Assembly: GCA_963826115.1 (NCBI GenBank)
Contig: CAWGVS010000012.1
Span: 448,001-512,000, forward strand
Reading direction: 5' to 3'
DNA: 64,000 nucleotides
From: an uncultured Candidatus Rokubacteria bacterium
Lineage (GTDB): Bacteria; Methylomirabilota; Methylomirabilia; Rokubacteriales; DASRDR01
The position numbers were made by a program, and so were the translations under genes. Shown one piece after another: positions 37,234-46,603 of this stretch (its first letter is position 1; the number at the start of each line of letters is the position of its first letter). The notes under the pieces are model-generated. The model did no database searches and was not told the DNA's origin. It saw nothing but the letters and a program-made list of their open reading frames with translations.

Positions 37234-38346
37234 CTACCCGGTCGTGAACACGGCGGCCGGCGCGCCGGCGAGCGGGTGACGGAGCGCGGCCGCGGTCGGG
37301 CGCCCGCCGAGCCCGGGGCCCGCGGGCGGCGCGAGCCAGCCGGCTTCGGGGCGGATCGGCGTCTCGAGGAGCGGCGTGGCGAGCTCGCCCATCGGCCACT
37401 CGACCCACGGCATGCCCGGCGTCGACGCCGCCAGGTGAAGCGCCGCGGCGAGCCCCGGGCCGAAGTAGAAGGAGTGCGGCACGACCGCGACGCTCCGCGC
37501 CGCCGCCAGCGCCACGATCTTCTTGGCCTCGCCGAGCCCGCCGACCTTCGTCGGGCTGGGCTGGAGGATGTCCGCGGCGCCGGCCCGCAGCATCGCGTCG
37601 AACCCGATCGCGGTCGCCTCGTTCTCCCCGGCGGCGACGGGCGTCTCGAGCGCGGCCGCGACCGCGGCGAGCCCCTGATAGTCCTCGGGCGGCCAGACCG
37701 GCTCCTCGAGCCACGCGAGGTCGTAGCGGGCCAGCGCCCGCCCCATGCGGATCGCCTCCGCGGGCGTCCACGGGCAGTTGACGTCGAGCATGAGCGCCAC
37801 GGTCGGCCCCACCGCCTCGCGCGCCGCGGCCACCGACGCCTCGTCCGTCTGGTGGAGCTTCACGCCCCGGAATCCCTGTCGGACCGCCGCGGCCGCGGCC
37901 CGCGCCACGTCGGCCGGCCGGTCGAACCGCGCGAGGCTCGCGTAGGCCCGGAGCCGCGGCTGCGCGAGCCCGCCGAGGAGCTCGTACACCGGCACGCCGC
38001 GCGCCTGCCCGGCGAGATCCCAGAGGGCGAGCTCGACCCCGCTGATCGCGAACATGCCGAGCCCCCGGCGCCCGAAGAGGAGCGTCCCCCGGTGCATCCG
38101 GTCGACCAGCCCTTCGAGGTCGGTCGCGGACTCGCCGACCACCAGCGGCCCGAGCGCGTCGCGCACGACGGCGGCCACGGCCGCGGGCGCCCCGAGCGCG
38201 AAGGCCTCGCCCCAGCCGACGAGCCCCGCGTCCGTGGTCACCCGCACCAGCACCTGCTTGCCGAGCCGCGCCGTCCACGGGGACGGCGGCTCCGTCGGCT
38301 TCCAGGGAATGCCGAGCGGGATCGCGTCGACGGCCGAGATCTTCAC
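37234..38346 (-). CDS. Mandelate racemase/muconate lactonizing enzyme family (enolase superfamily)
   Basis: GLVGWGE, ISGVELALWDL, MLDVN, WLEEP, AGEN, PGLG. Confidence 0.92.
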   Translation of the reverse strand: MKISAVDAIPLGIPWKPTEPPSPWTARLGKQVLVRVTTDAGLVGWGEAFALGAPAAVAAVVRDALGPLVVGESATDLEGLVDRMHRGTLLFGRRGLGMFAISGVELALWDLAGQARGVPVYELLGGLAQPRLRAYASLARFDRPADVARAAAAAVRQGFRGVKLHQTDEASVAAAREAVGPTVALMLDVNCPWTPAEAIRMGRALARYDLAWLEEPVWPPEDYQGLAAVAAALETPVAAGENEATAIGFDAMLRAGAADILQPSPTKVGGLGEAKKIVALAAARSVAVVPHSFYFGPGLAAALHLAASTPGMPWVEWPMGELATPLLETPIRPEAGWLAPPAGPGLGGRPTAAALRHPLAGAPAAVFTTG

Positions 38347-38407
38347 GCCCGGGCTCCGCGCCGGGGCGTGCGCGGCCGGGCCGGGGCGGGCCGGAGCGCG
38401 GCCAGGC

Positions 38408-38809
38408 CTAGCGCCCCTGGCGGAGGAGGTCCCGGATCTCGGTGAGGAGCCGTTCCGTCGGCGAGGGGCCCGCGGGCGCCGGGGCCGGCTCCTCCCGCTT
38501 CATGCGGTTCACCGCCTTGACCACCATGAAGATGACGAAGGCGATGACGAGGAAGTCCACGATCGCCTGGATGAACTTCCCGATCCCCAGCACGACCGCC
38601 GGCTTGTCGCCCATGGCCGGCTTGAGGACCCAGCCGATCTGGGAGAAGTCCACTCCGCCGAGGAGGACGCCGACGGGCGGCATGATGACGTCGCCGACCA
38701 GCGAGGAAACGATCTTGCCGAACGCCGCGCCGATGACGACCCCGACCGCGAGGTCGAGGACGTTGCCGCGCATCACGAACTCCCTGAACTCCTTGCCCAT
38801 CCCGCTCAT
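38408..38809 (-). CDS. mscL: Large-conductance mechanosensitive channel
   Basis: [46 protein letters not shown]. Confidence 0.97.
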   Translation of the reverse strand: MSGMGKEFREFVMRGNVLDLAVGVVIGAAFGKIVSSLVGDVIMPPVGVLLGGVDFSQIGWVLKPAMGDKPAVVLGIGKFIQAIVDFLVIAFVIFMVVKAVNRMKREEPAPAPAGPSPTERLLTEIRDLLRQGR

Positions 38810-38991
38810 GCCCGCCCCCCCGCTCGTGCGAGCGCCCGGAGTGGATCGCGGCGTCGCGGCCGCCGGCCGACGGCGGCCTCTCCGGGATGATGCCCGGCCG
38901 TCGCCATGGTGACAAGGGCGTCTCGACCGGGCACCGCGGGCCCCGGCATGCTACCCTCGCCCGAACCGCCGCACGGCGGCAGGGAGGTTCC

Positions 38992-39990
38992 ATGCGCGCG
39001 CTGAGCCCAGGAAAACTCCGCGGGATGCGGCAGATCGCCGGTCCCCGCGGCATCATCACGGTGACGGCGATCGACCACCGCGGGTCGCTCGAGGCGATGC
39101 TGAAGCGCGCGCTGCCGGGTCGCGCGATCGGCTTCGCCGAGATGGCGGGCGAGAAGCTCCGGATCGCGCGGGCGCTCGCGCCCCTGTCGACGGCGGTGCT
39201 GCTCGACCCGCTCCACGGCGGCCACATCCTGTCCCACGACGCGGTCCCCGGCCCGGTGGGCCTCATCATGTGCCTCGAGGAGTTCGGCTACGAGGGGGTG
39301 GCCGAGGGGCGGCTGACCGCGATCATCCCCGGATGGAGCGTCGCGAAGATCAAGCGGATGGGCGCGGTCGGGGTGAAGGTGCTGCTCTTCTACCACCCGG
39401 AGGCGCCGGTGGCCGCCCAGCAGGAGGCGTTCGTCGAGCGCGTGGCCGAGGACTGCCGGCGCCACGACATCGCGTTGCTCCTCGAGCCGATGTCCTACCC
39501 GATCCGGCCGGGCGTCCAGAAAGAAAGCGCCGAGTTCGCGCGCGAGAAGCCGGCGATCGTGGTCGAGTCGGCGCGGCGGCTCGGGCCGCTCGGCGTGGAC
39601 CTCCTCAAGGCGGAGTTTCCCGCGGACCCGCGGTTCGAGACGGACGAGGGTCGGCTCCGCGCCCATTGCCGGGCGCTCACCGCGGCGTCGCCGACGCCGT
39701 GGGTCCTCCTGTCGGCGGGCGAGACGTTCGACGTCTTCCAGCGCCTCACCGGCATCGCTTGCCAGGAGGGCGCCTCGGGCTTCATGGTCGGCCGGGCGAT
39801 CTGGCAGGAGGCGATGAGCCTGACCGACCCGGCCGAGCGGGAGCGCTTTCTCGCGACGACCGGCGCGAGCCGCCTCCGAATCCTCACCGCGCTCGCCGAC
39901 GCGTACGCGACGCCGTGGACCGCCCGCTTCGACGACGCCGCGCGCGGCGCCGCCACCGAGGAAGGATGGCACGCCCGGTACGAGGCGTGA
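38992..39990 (+). CDS. Class I aldolase, tagatose-1,6-bisphosphate (LacD)/sulfofructose-phosphate aldolase family
   Basis: AIDHRGSL, WSVAKIKRMGA.GVK, LLEP, DLLKAEFP, PWVLLSAG, GASGFMVGRAIW; RBS AGGGAGG. Confidence 0.9.
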   Translation: MRALSPGKLRGMRQIAGPRGIITVTAIDHRGSLEAMLKRALPGRAIGFAEMAGEKLRIARALAPLSTAVLLDPLHGGHILSHDAVPGPVGLIMCLEEFGYEGVAEGRLTAIIPGWSVAKIKRMGAVGVKVLLFYHPEAPVAAQQEAFVERVAEDCRRHDIALLLEPMSYPIRPGVQKESAEFAREKPAIVVESARRLGPLGVDLLKAEFPADPRFETDEGRLRAHCRALTAASPTPWVLLSAGETFDVFQRLTGIACQEGASGFMVGRAIWQEAMSLTDPAERERFLATTGASRLRILTALADAYATPWTARFDDAARGAATEEGWHARYEA

Positions 39991-40262
39991 CGTCAGACTG
40001 CCCGCTCGATGACGAGGACCGCCGCTAGGGCGGGACCCGCTGTTGGCCCCCCAACGCCCACGGGCCCTCGTAGAGGGCACCGGACGCCGCGTGGAGCGAC
40101 GGGGCCTGTCCTGCCGCCGGTTGCGAAAGCCTCCTAGGCTCTGGAGCCCGCAGACCCGGCGTCAAGTTTGACACCGACTTCCGCATCGTGCTCCAGTGAG
40201 CTCACAATGGGCGTCGCCGCCGACTTGCGGCCGTCGCGGCCCCGCAGCGACGCGATTCGCCG

Positions 40263-41603
40263 GTGAGGGGCCGCTTCGCGCCCTCCGGGAGCGGTCCCGG
40301 GCTTGCTGGCGTCCTGACGATCCTGCTGGCGGCCGTGGGCCCTAGCTGGGTGCCCTCGAGCGCCGACGCGGCCTCCCCGGGCGTCTTCGATCCGGACGCG
40401 CCGCCCGAGACCCGATATCGCCTGGCGCCGTACCTCACCTTCGGGGCCGAGCTCAAGCTCGACTACGAGTACCGGACGAATCTCGGTCTGGACGACCGAC
40501 GCAACGGCGATGCTGCCCTCTCCACGCCGGAGCTGTCCCTGGCATTGTCGTTCGACCCCGATCCAAGGCTGCAGGCTTTCCTGAGCCTGACGCTCTCCCG
40601 TGACTTCGTGTGGAAGATTGAGGCCGGCGGATCCGAGCCAAGCGGGGACCCGACCCTGACAATCGAGGAGGCATTCCTCTGGGTCCACCTGCTCCCCGGC
40701 GGCTTCTCCCTTCAGATCGGCCGGCAGCGGTTCGAGGACGAGCGCCAGTGGCTCTACGACGCGGAGCTCGACGGCGTGCGGCTCCGGTACGAGCGCGGGG
40801 CCTTCGCGGTCGAGCTCTCGGCAAGCCGCGCTGGGTGGGTCCGGGAGAACGTGCTGAGCGGGCACACGCCGGAGCAAATCAACAACTACATGCTGTTCGC
40901 GGGCTACACTCCCCTCGAAGACCTGACGTTCGAGGCGTACGTGATCGCGCGCGACGACCAGGACGCCGATCGACGACGTCCCGTCTTCGTCGGCGTGCGG
41001 TCGCGGGGCGAGCCCATCGCCGATCTCGACTACTGGGTCGAGCTCGGCTACGTGGGGGGCCAGGACGGCTCGCGTCGAATCTCTGGCTGGGGCGTCGACC
41101 TCGGTGCCACCTACGAGTTCCAGGTGCCGCCGAAGCCGGCCCTGACGCTCGGCTTCGCCTTCGGCACCGGCGACGGGAACCCGAACGACGGGACCGACCG
41201 GACCTTCCGGCAAACGGGACTGCAGGAGAACGAGACCGATTTCGGGGGAGCCACCGACCTCAAGTACTACGGCGAGGTTCTCGATCCCGAGCTGAGCAAC
41301 CTCGCCATCCTCACGGCCGGGGTCGGGATCCGGCCGAGCGACCACGTGTCCCTGGACCTCATCTATCACTATTACCTCCAGCACCGGGCGTCGACGACCC
41401 TGCGCAACGCGGGGATCGACGTCGAGCCGTCCGGCCGGAGCCGACGGCTGGGGAGCGAGGTCGATCTGGTCCTCGGGATCGAGGACCTTCTCGGTCACCT
41501 GGACGTCCGGGCGGCGCTGGGTTACTTCTCGCCGGGCGCGGCCTTTCCGGAGCACGCTAGCGGCGCCTGGGTGGTGCGCACCGAGGTGCAGTTCCGCTTC
41601 TGA
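40263..41603 (+). CDS. Outer-membrane beta-barrel, alginate export (AlgE-like) family
   Basis: Signal peptide, IGRQ...W.YD...DGVR, FRQTGLQEN, PELSNL, LGSEVDLV, C-terminal Phe. Confidence 0.85.
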   Translation: MRGRFAPSGSGPGLAGVLTILLAAVGPSWVPSSADAASPGVFDPDAPPETRYRLAPYLTFGAELKLDYEYRTNLGLDDRRNGDAALSTPELSLALSFDPDPRLQAFLSLTLSRDFVWKIEAGGSEPSGDPTLTIEEAFLWVHLLPGGFSLQIGRQRFEDERQWLYDAELDGVRLRYERGAFAVELSASRAGWVRENVLSGHTPEQINNYMLFAGYTPLEDLTFEAYVIARDDQDADRRRPVFVGVRSRGEPIADLDYWVELGYVGGQDGSRRISGWGVDLGATYEFQVPPKPALTLGFAFGTGDGNPNDGTDRTFRQTGLQENETDFGGATDLKYYGEVLDPELSNLAILTAGVGIRPSDHVSLDLIYHYYLQHRASTTLRNAGIDVEPSGRSRRLGSEVDLVLGIEDLLGHLDVRAALGYFSPGAAFPEHASGAWVVRTEVQFRF

Positions 41604-41609
41604 CCGCGG

Positions 41610-43067
41610 TTAGTCGGCGACGCGCCCCGAGAGTGTGACGCGGAACGTCCGGTCGGGGAAGAGCCGCGCCTCGATCTCGATGTCGAGCAGATCGGCGAGA
41701 GCGCGCACGAGCGCCAGCCCCAGGCCCACGCCGCGGGCGCCGGCGCGCGCCTCGTCCTTCCGCCAGAACCGATCGAACATCACACCGAGGTCCTGAGGCT
41801 CGAGACTCGGAGCTTGATTGCTGAAGCTCACCCGCGCACGCCCCGTCGCCTCTTCCGACGCGCACGCCACCGTCGTGCTCGGCGGGCTGTGGGCGACGGC
41901 GTTGATCAGGAGGTTCGACACTATCAGCGCGAACTTCTCTGGATCCGTCTCGAAGCAGAGCTCCCGCGAGATGTCCTGCCGGAGATCCAGCCCCTTCGCC
42001 GCCGCCTCGCGGGCCAGCGGCTTCCAGGCCGCGTCGACGACCTCCGCGACCGGCACCCGCGTCGCGAAGACCTGCTCGCGACCCGCGTCGTAGCGCGCCA
42101 GGGCCAAGAGGTGCGCGACCACCCGCTCCATCTGTCGGGCGATCGCGGCCGCATCCTCGAAGAACTGGCCGACCGTCGCTCGGTCCTCCGGCCAGCGGCC
42201 GCCGACCTCGCACAGGCTCCGCAGCTCGGCGATCGGTGTCTTGAGCTCGTGGGCGATGTCGCTCGACAGCTGACGTTCCCGGTTGAAGCCGGCCTCCAGG
42301 CGACCGAGCAGGGCGTTGACCTGCTCGATGACCACGGCGATCTCCTCGGGCGGCTTCTCCAACGCGACGCGCGCGTCAAGGGACGTCACGTCGAGCGCCC
42401 GCACCTGGCCCGTCAGCCGGTCCAGGGAGCGGAGCCCCGCCCGCAGCGCGACCTGCATGAGCGCGGCGAGGGCCGCCAGGAGCCCGATACCCAGACCCGC
42501 CAGGGACAGCTCCAGGCCGTGGATGCTCGCATCGAGCTGCTCCCGCTCTCGCGCGACGAGCAGCGTTGCGGCCACCGGGCTCGGCGGAACGGACGGGGCG
42601 GCGGCCTCCTTCGCGTCGGCCGGGGCGTCGTCCGTGTCGAGACGTGGAACGAAGTCGGTCTGCACCTGCCGGCCCCGGCGGCCGTCCGGCAGGGTCACGT
42701 CCTGGAAGCGCGGCAGCGTGGCGGGACGGGACCCCTTGAGGAGGTTCGTACGTCGCGTCGCGTCACTCTGATCGAAGGACGGGGAGCGTCGGAGGAGGGA
42801 GCCGTCCGCGAGCCAGAGCTCGAAGTACTCGGGGCGGGCGCCCGGGCCGAACTGGGGCATGACCTCGCTCTCGAAATCGAACTCCACGAGGTCACCCTCC
42901 TGGTCCGTGAGCGCGATCAGCCCGGTCGCCTCGGCCAGGAGCGCCCGGTCGAACTCCTTCTGCAGTGAGTCAGCGACGATCGTCCGGAGCACCAGCCCGG
43001 CGACGAGCAGGGGGAGCGCGGCGCCCCCGAGCAGGTGGACGAACAGCCGCGTGCGGAGCGACCGCAT
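41610..43067 (-). CDS. Two-component sensor histidine kinase
   Basis: Two TMs, HAMP, H-box IAHELKTP, N-box NLLINAV, FDRFWR, GLGL. Confidence 0.94.
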   Translation of the reverse strand: MRSLRTRLFVHLLGGAALPLLVAGLVLRTIVADSLQKEFDRALLAEATGLIALTDQEGDLVEFDFESEVMPQFGPGARPEYFELWLADGSLLRRSPSFDQSDATRRTNLLKGSRPATLPRFQDVTLPDGRRGRQVQTDFVPRLDTDDAPADAKEAAAPSVPPSPVAATLLVAREREQLDASIHGLELSLAGLGIGLLAALAALMQVALRAGLRSLDRLTGQVRALDVTSLDARVALEKPPEEIAVVIEQVNALLGRLEAGFNRERQLSSDIAHELKTPIAELRSLCEVGGRWPEDRATVGQFFEDAAAIARQMERVVAHLLALARYDAGREQVFATRVPVAEVVDAAWKPLAREAAAKGLDLRQDISRELCFETDPEKFALIVSNLLINAVAHSPPSTTVACASEEATGRARVSFSNQAPSLEPQDLGVMFDRFWRKDEARAGARGVGLGLALVRALADLLDIEIEARLFPDRTFRVTLSGRVAD

Positions 43068-43733
43068 CTATTCGACGAAGTAGCCGAAACCCCGGCGGGT
43101 CTGGAGGATCGGAGGCTCCCCTCGAACGTGAATCTTCCGGCGAAGGCCGGAGACCAGGACCTCGACGACGTTGCTGGACACCTCCGAGTCGCTCCGGTGC
43201 AGGTGCTCGACCAGCTGCCCCTGCGAGAAGACACGACCGCGCTGGTAGGCGAGGAACTCCAGTAACGCATACTCGCTCGGCGTCAGATGCAGGATGTCGC
43301 CCCGTCGCGAGACCTCGCGGCGAGCGGCGTCGATCTCGAGCGACCCCAGACGGATGATCGGGTTCTTCGCCTGATGCCGGCGCCGGACGAGCGCCTGGAT
43401 GCGCGCGCAGAGCTCCTCGAACGCAAAGGGCTTGACGAGGTAGTCGTCGGCGCCCAGCTGGAGGCCCTTCACCCGGTCGTCCACGCGGTCGCGCGCCGAC
43501 AGGATGAGCACGTGCGCGCGGCAGCCTCCAGTCCGGAACCGTCGGAGGACCTCCAGGCCAGACAGCCCGGGCAGCATCAGGTCGAGCACGATCACGTCGT
43601 AGTCGTACGTCTCAGCGAGGGCGAGCCCGTTCTCGCCGTCACTGGCCAAGTCGACGGCGTAGCCGAGCTTCTTCAGGCCCTGGCTCAGGGACCGCAGGAG
43701 CCGCTGGGAATCGTCGACCAGCAGGATCTTCAC
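43068..43733 (-). CDS. OmpR-family response regulator
   Basis: ILLVDD, LDLMLP, GADDYLVKPF, winged helix with TRRGFGY; GTG at 43733 chosen as start. Confidence 0.94.
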   Translation of the reverse strand: MKILLVDDSQRLLRSLSQGLKKLGYAVDLASDGENGLALAETYDYDVIVLDLMLPGLSGLEVLRRFRTGGCRAHVLILSARDRVDDRVKGLQLGADDYLVKPFAFEELCARIQALVRRRHQAKNPIIRLGSLEIDAARREVSRRGDILHLTPSEYALLEFLAYQRGRVFSQGQLVEHLHRSDSEVSSNVVEVLVSGLRRKIHVRGEPPILQTRRGFGYFVE

Positions 43734-43942
43734 TGACTTCGCGACGGCCGCCGCACCAACATGCCCGGAGGCGTGAGACGGGACGCCGGGAGCACCCCCT
43801 CGCCAGGCCGATTCACGCTGCGCTCCCAAGGTAAGCGAGGAGCGGAGCCCGGGGCAACGTGCCGGGGCCGACGGCCCGGTCGCTCCGAGCCGACCGGGCC
43901 GCGCGCCACACCGCGAAAGAGACCCCGGACGGCGGGGCGGTT

Positions 43943-44719
43943 CTAGTCGTCTTCTCCGTCGGCGCCGGCGACGTCGAAGTCGACCAGCTTGACCACGCCG
44001 TCCACGACGAGCCCGATCTCGGGGCAGTAGCGCTTGATGCTGACGGCGCCGGGCTCGAGCGGCGTCGTCTCCTTCACCTCCACGCAGTCCTTGAACGTGC
44101 CTGCGGGGGTCTTCAGCGTGAGCCCCATCTTGGTGTGCTCGGCTCGGTCCAGGGCCACCGGCGACGCCAGCTCCTGGAAGTACCGGGACCCGAGGAGAAA
44201 GGTGCCAGGCATGATCAGGCCCGGAAGCGCCCGGGCCGTGCCCGCCAGCCAGGCGCCTTCATGGCTGACGATGATCTGCCCTTCCTCATCGTAGATGTCC
44301 ACTTCCTCGCCGAAGTAGAAGATGTCCCCCGTCTGAACGCAACGCGCGTAGAAGTTGCGCGAGACCTCGACGAGCTTCCCGCTCCTCCACTCCCGCTCCT
44401 CCACGACCCGGGCGGTCACGGTCAAGGACTCCCCTTCCTCGGTGAGGAACACGATCGGCTTCGTCTGGTTGAGGACCGTGATCTGCAGGCGTACCAGCTC
44501 TCCGTCCTCGATGCCCTCGAGCACGAGGCGATCGGCCGGCCGAATGCTGAAGTGGAGATTGCGACCCGTGGACGAGAACGTGCACTCGTCCAGCGCAAAT
44601 CTGGTCGTGTACTGAACGGCCGCCCAGGCCGTCCCCGCTAGAACACCGAGGCCGATGACCACGAGTGTCCGAGCCAGGGCTGGACCTCTCCGCCGCCAAT
44701 TCGTCCGCCCCTGTCCCAT
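43943..44719 (-). CDS. Exported hypothetical protein
   Basis: Signal peptide ending AWA; GDIFYFGE, GAWLAG...PG.IMP, TPAGTFKDC; acidic tail. Confidence 0.8.
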   Translation of the reverse strand: MGQGRTNWRRRGPALARTLVVIGLGVLAGTAWAAVQYTTRFALDECTFSSTGRNLHFSIRPADRLVLEGIEDGELVRLQITVLNQTKPIVFLTEEGESLTVTARVVEEREWRSGKLVEVSRNFYARCVQTGDIFYFGEEVDIYDEEGQIIVSHEGAWLAGTARALPGLIMPGTFLLGSRYFQELASPVALDRAEHTKMGLTLKTPAGTFKDCVEVKETTPLEPGAVSIKRYCPEIGLVVDGVVKLVDFDVAGADGEDD

Positions 44720-44788
44720 GAGCCGTCTCCTTTTCCGGGAGGGGCATCTCGCGAAGGCCCCGCCCCGCCGGCATCGTGCCCGCCTAGC

Positions 44789-44808
44789 CTGAGGATTGGC
44801 TGAGGATC
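44789..44808 (-). promoter_or_regulatory. OmpR-type tandem box, copy 1
   Basis: Minus strand GATCCTCAGCCAATCCTCAG (ATCCTCAG x2, 11-bp period), ~70 bp upstream of ATG 44719. Confidence 0.75.
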
Positions 44809-44922
44809 TCGCCTCTTTCCGGCGGTCGGCTCCCCGGCCGGAGCCGAACGGGATGGCGAGGGCCGCCCCCCAGCGGGGCAAGGTCATCGGCCCCACCATC
44901 CGGGAACCGGGATGGGACCGGT

Positions 44923-45681
44923 CTACCTCGGGGGCTTGGCTACGACCGCGTCGGACGGCGGGGCATGCAGGAACCGGCCGGCGCTCAGCACGACCTGGTC
45001 GAATCCGACCCCTTCCATCCCCGCCTGGATCCGCACCGTGACCTCTCCGCTCGTGCGGAAATAGACGTGCGGCTCCAGGGAGGCGACGTCCGCCGGGGCG
45101 CACCCCACCCACGTCCAGCCCTCGCGCGCCGGCCCTTGCGCGACGAGATAGCTCCCCGTGCCCGGCCTGAGGACGTCCCGATTCTCGCGATCGACGGCAT
45201 TGGTGAACTGCACGTAGAGCAGATTCGCCTGGGCCTTGCCCATGGGCTTGCCCACCTTCATGTGAATCCAGCAGCGGTAGGGCACGCCTCGCTGCACCCG
45301 GACCCTGAAGCGCACGTGAGGATCATCCTCCGGAGGCGGATCCAGTTCGTCGCCGGTATTCGGCGTTCCGACCAGTCTGCCGCCGGGCGAGACCGGGTCG
45401 TTCCAGAACTCGAACTCGTGGAGCGCCCCCCTCGGCAAGTCGGACACGTGGACGACGACCTCGGGTGGGGATCCTTCCGGTGGCGACGTCTGGCCGAACG
45501 CCGGCGCGGCCGTCATCGTGAGCCCGAGCAGCGCTATTCCGGCGTGGACGAGCGGAAGCGCCGACATCCCGGACCAGACCGTCGCACTCCGCCGGGGCCG
45601 GGGACTGAGCCGAGACCCACGCGTCACCGGGCCGCCGAGCCGGTCCAGAGCCGCTAGGATACGCGGGCGCATCGTCGCCAT
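44923..45681 (-). CDS. Exported hypothetical protein, possible carbohydrate-binding beta-sandwich
   Basis: Signal-like GIALLGLTMTAAPAFG; YRCWIHMK, LYVQF, VRIQ..EG..FDQVVLS; start uncertain (45681, 45672 or 45567). Confidence 0.65.
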   Translation of the reverse strand: MATMRPRILAALDRLGGPVTRGSRLSPRPRRSATVWSGMSALPLVHAGIALLGLTMTAAPAFGQTSPPEGSPPEVVVHVSDLPRGALHEFEFWNDPVSPGGRLVGTPNTGDELDPPPEDDPHVRFRVRVQRGVPYRCWIHMKVGKPMGKAQANLLYVQFTNAVDRENRDVLRPGTGSYLVAQGPAREGWTWVGCAPADVASLEPHVYFRTSGEVTVRIQAGMEGVGFDQVVLSAGRFLHAPPSDAVVAKPPR

Positions 45682-45858
45682 CGTAGGCTCCTCCGCCCCC
45701 AAGAAGGCACCGGGCTCAGGAAGGCGGGCCCTTCCAGGGTAAGCCAGCGCAACGCTCCGTCGCCACCCCGGGAACGCCATCGAGGCGAGCGGGCGGCCGC
45801 GCCCCGTGCCCCGCCAGCGTGGCCGAGCGCCGCGTTCGCCCAGCGGACAAGGGCCCGC

Positions 45859-45878
45859 GATCCTCAGCCAATCCTCAG
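45859..45878 (+). promoter_or_regulatory. OmpR-type tandem box, copy 2
   Basis: GATCCTCAGCCAATCCTCAG, identical to copy 1, 64 bp upstream of ATG 45943. Confidence 0.75.
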
Positions 45879-45942
45879 ATTGCCCAGGCAACGTGATGGG
45901 GAACTCGACCTCACACGAATGATCTCGGGAGGAGGCGCGGCC

Positions 45943-46437
45943 ATGCCAAATCGGATCGGTCGGTTCACGGCTATCCTGGCACTTGCCGTTGGAGTGGCAA
46001 TCCTTGTCGGCGGTTGCGGAACCTCGGGGGGCGGGGAGGGATCCAGCGTCAGCGTCGCGCTCGAGGACCTGCCGGATGCGCCGCGCGCCACGGTGAAGAA
46101 GTTGACCGCCGGCGGGCGGATCGAACGGATCGACAAGGAGGTCGAGGACGGCCGCGTCGTCTACGACGTCGAGGCGACGGTCGGCGGCAAGCACACGGAG
46201 TTCCTGGTGGCCGACTCCGACGGCGCAGTCCTGGAAACGGAGACCAGCGTGGACTTCGGCCAGCTGCCGGCCACGGTCCGCGCCGCGGCGGCCCAGTACT
46301 TCGACACTACCGCCGGCCTGACGGCGCTGAAGAAGGACGCGTTCAACCAGGTCTCCTACGAGATCAGCGGCACCCGGAACGGGAAGTCCGCCGAGGCGAC
46401 GTTCGACCCGACGGGTCGGATCCTCGAAACCGGGTAG
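45943..46437 (+). CDS. PepSY-like repeat lipoprotein
   Basis: RBS GGAGG, lipobox VGGC, two LP..VRA...YE/DV...G...E...DG repeats. Confidence 0.82.
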   Translation: MPNRIGRFTAILALAVGVAILVGGCGTSGGGEGSSVSVALEDLPDAPRATVKKLTAGGRIERIDKEVEDGRVVYDVEATVGGKHTEFLVADSDGAVLETETSVDFGQLPATVRAAAAQYFDTTAGLTALKKDAFNQVSYEISGTRNGKSAEATFDPTGRILETG

Positions 46438-46448
46438 GATCCTCGAAA
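46412..46448. repeat. 18-bp tandem duplication spanning the PepSY stop codon
   Basis: CGGGTCGGATCCTCGAAA (46412-46429) and CGGGTAGGATCCTCGAAA (46431-46448). Confidence 0.7.
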
Positions 46449-46603
46449 TGTCGACGGCGCGGCGGCCAAGCCGCCGCGCGTCGCCATCGCTCCACATGTG
46501 CCCGGCGCCGGCCGGCGGGGCTCCGCCGCCCCGAAGGAGGAGGGGCCGGGGCTCGTCGCCGCAGGGCTGCCCTCGCGCCGGTGTGAATCCCTCCGAGTGA
46601 CGC

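Noticed and set aside
35108-38278. 1056-aa ORF appearing as a giant sigma factor fusion
   Set aside because: Only the last ~200 aa are sigma factor; the rest overlaps real genes in other frames
40161-40208. Short palindromes GTCAAGTTTGAC and GTGAGCTCAC upstream of the porin
   Set aside because: Short, not repeated in the window, no properly spaced -10; may be chance
40263-41603. Alginate biosynthesis (with the SGNH gene at 30369)
   Set aside because: No synthase, epimerase, lyase or MBOAT genes; the two genes are unlinked
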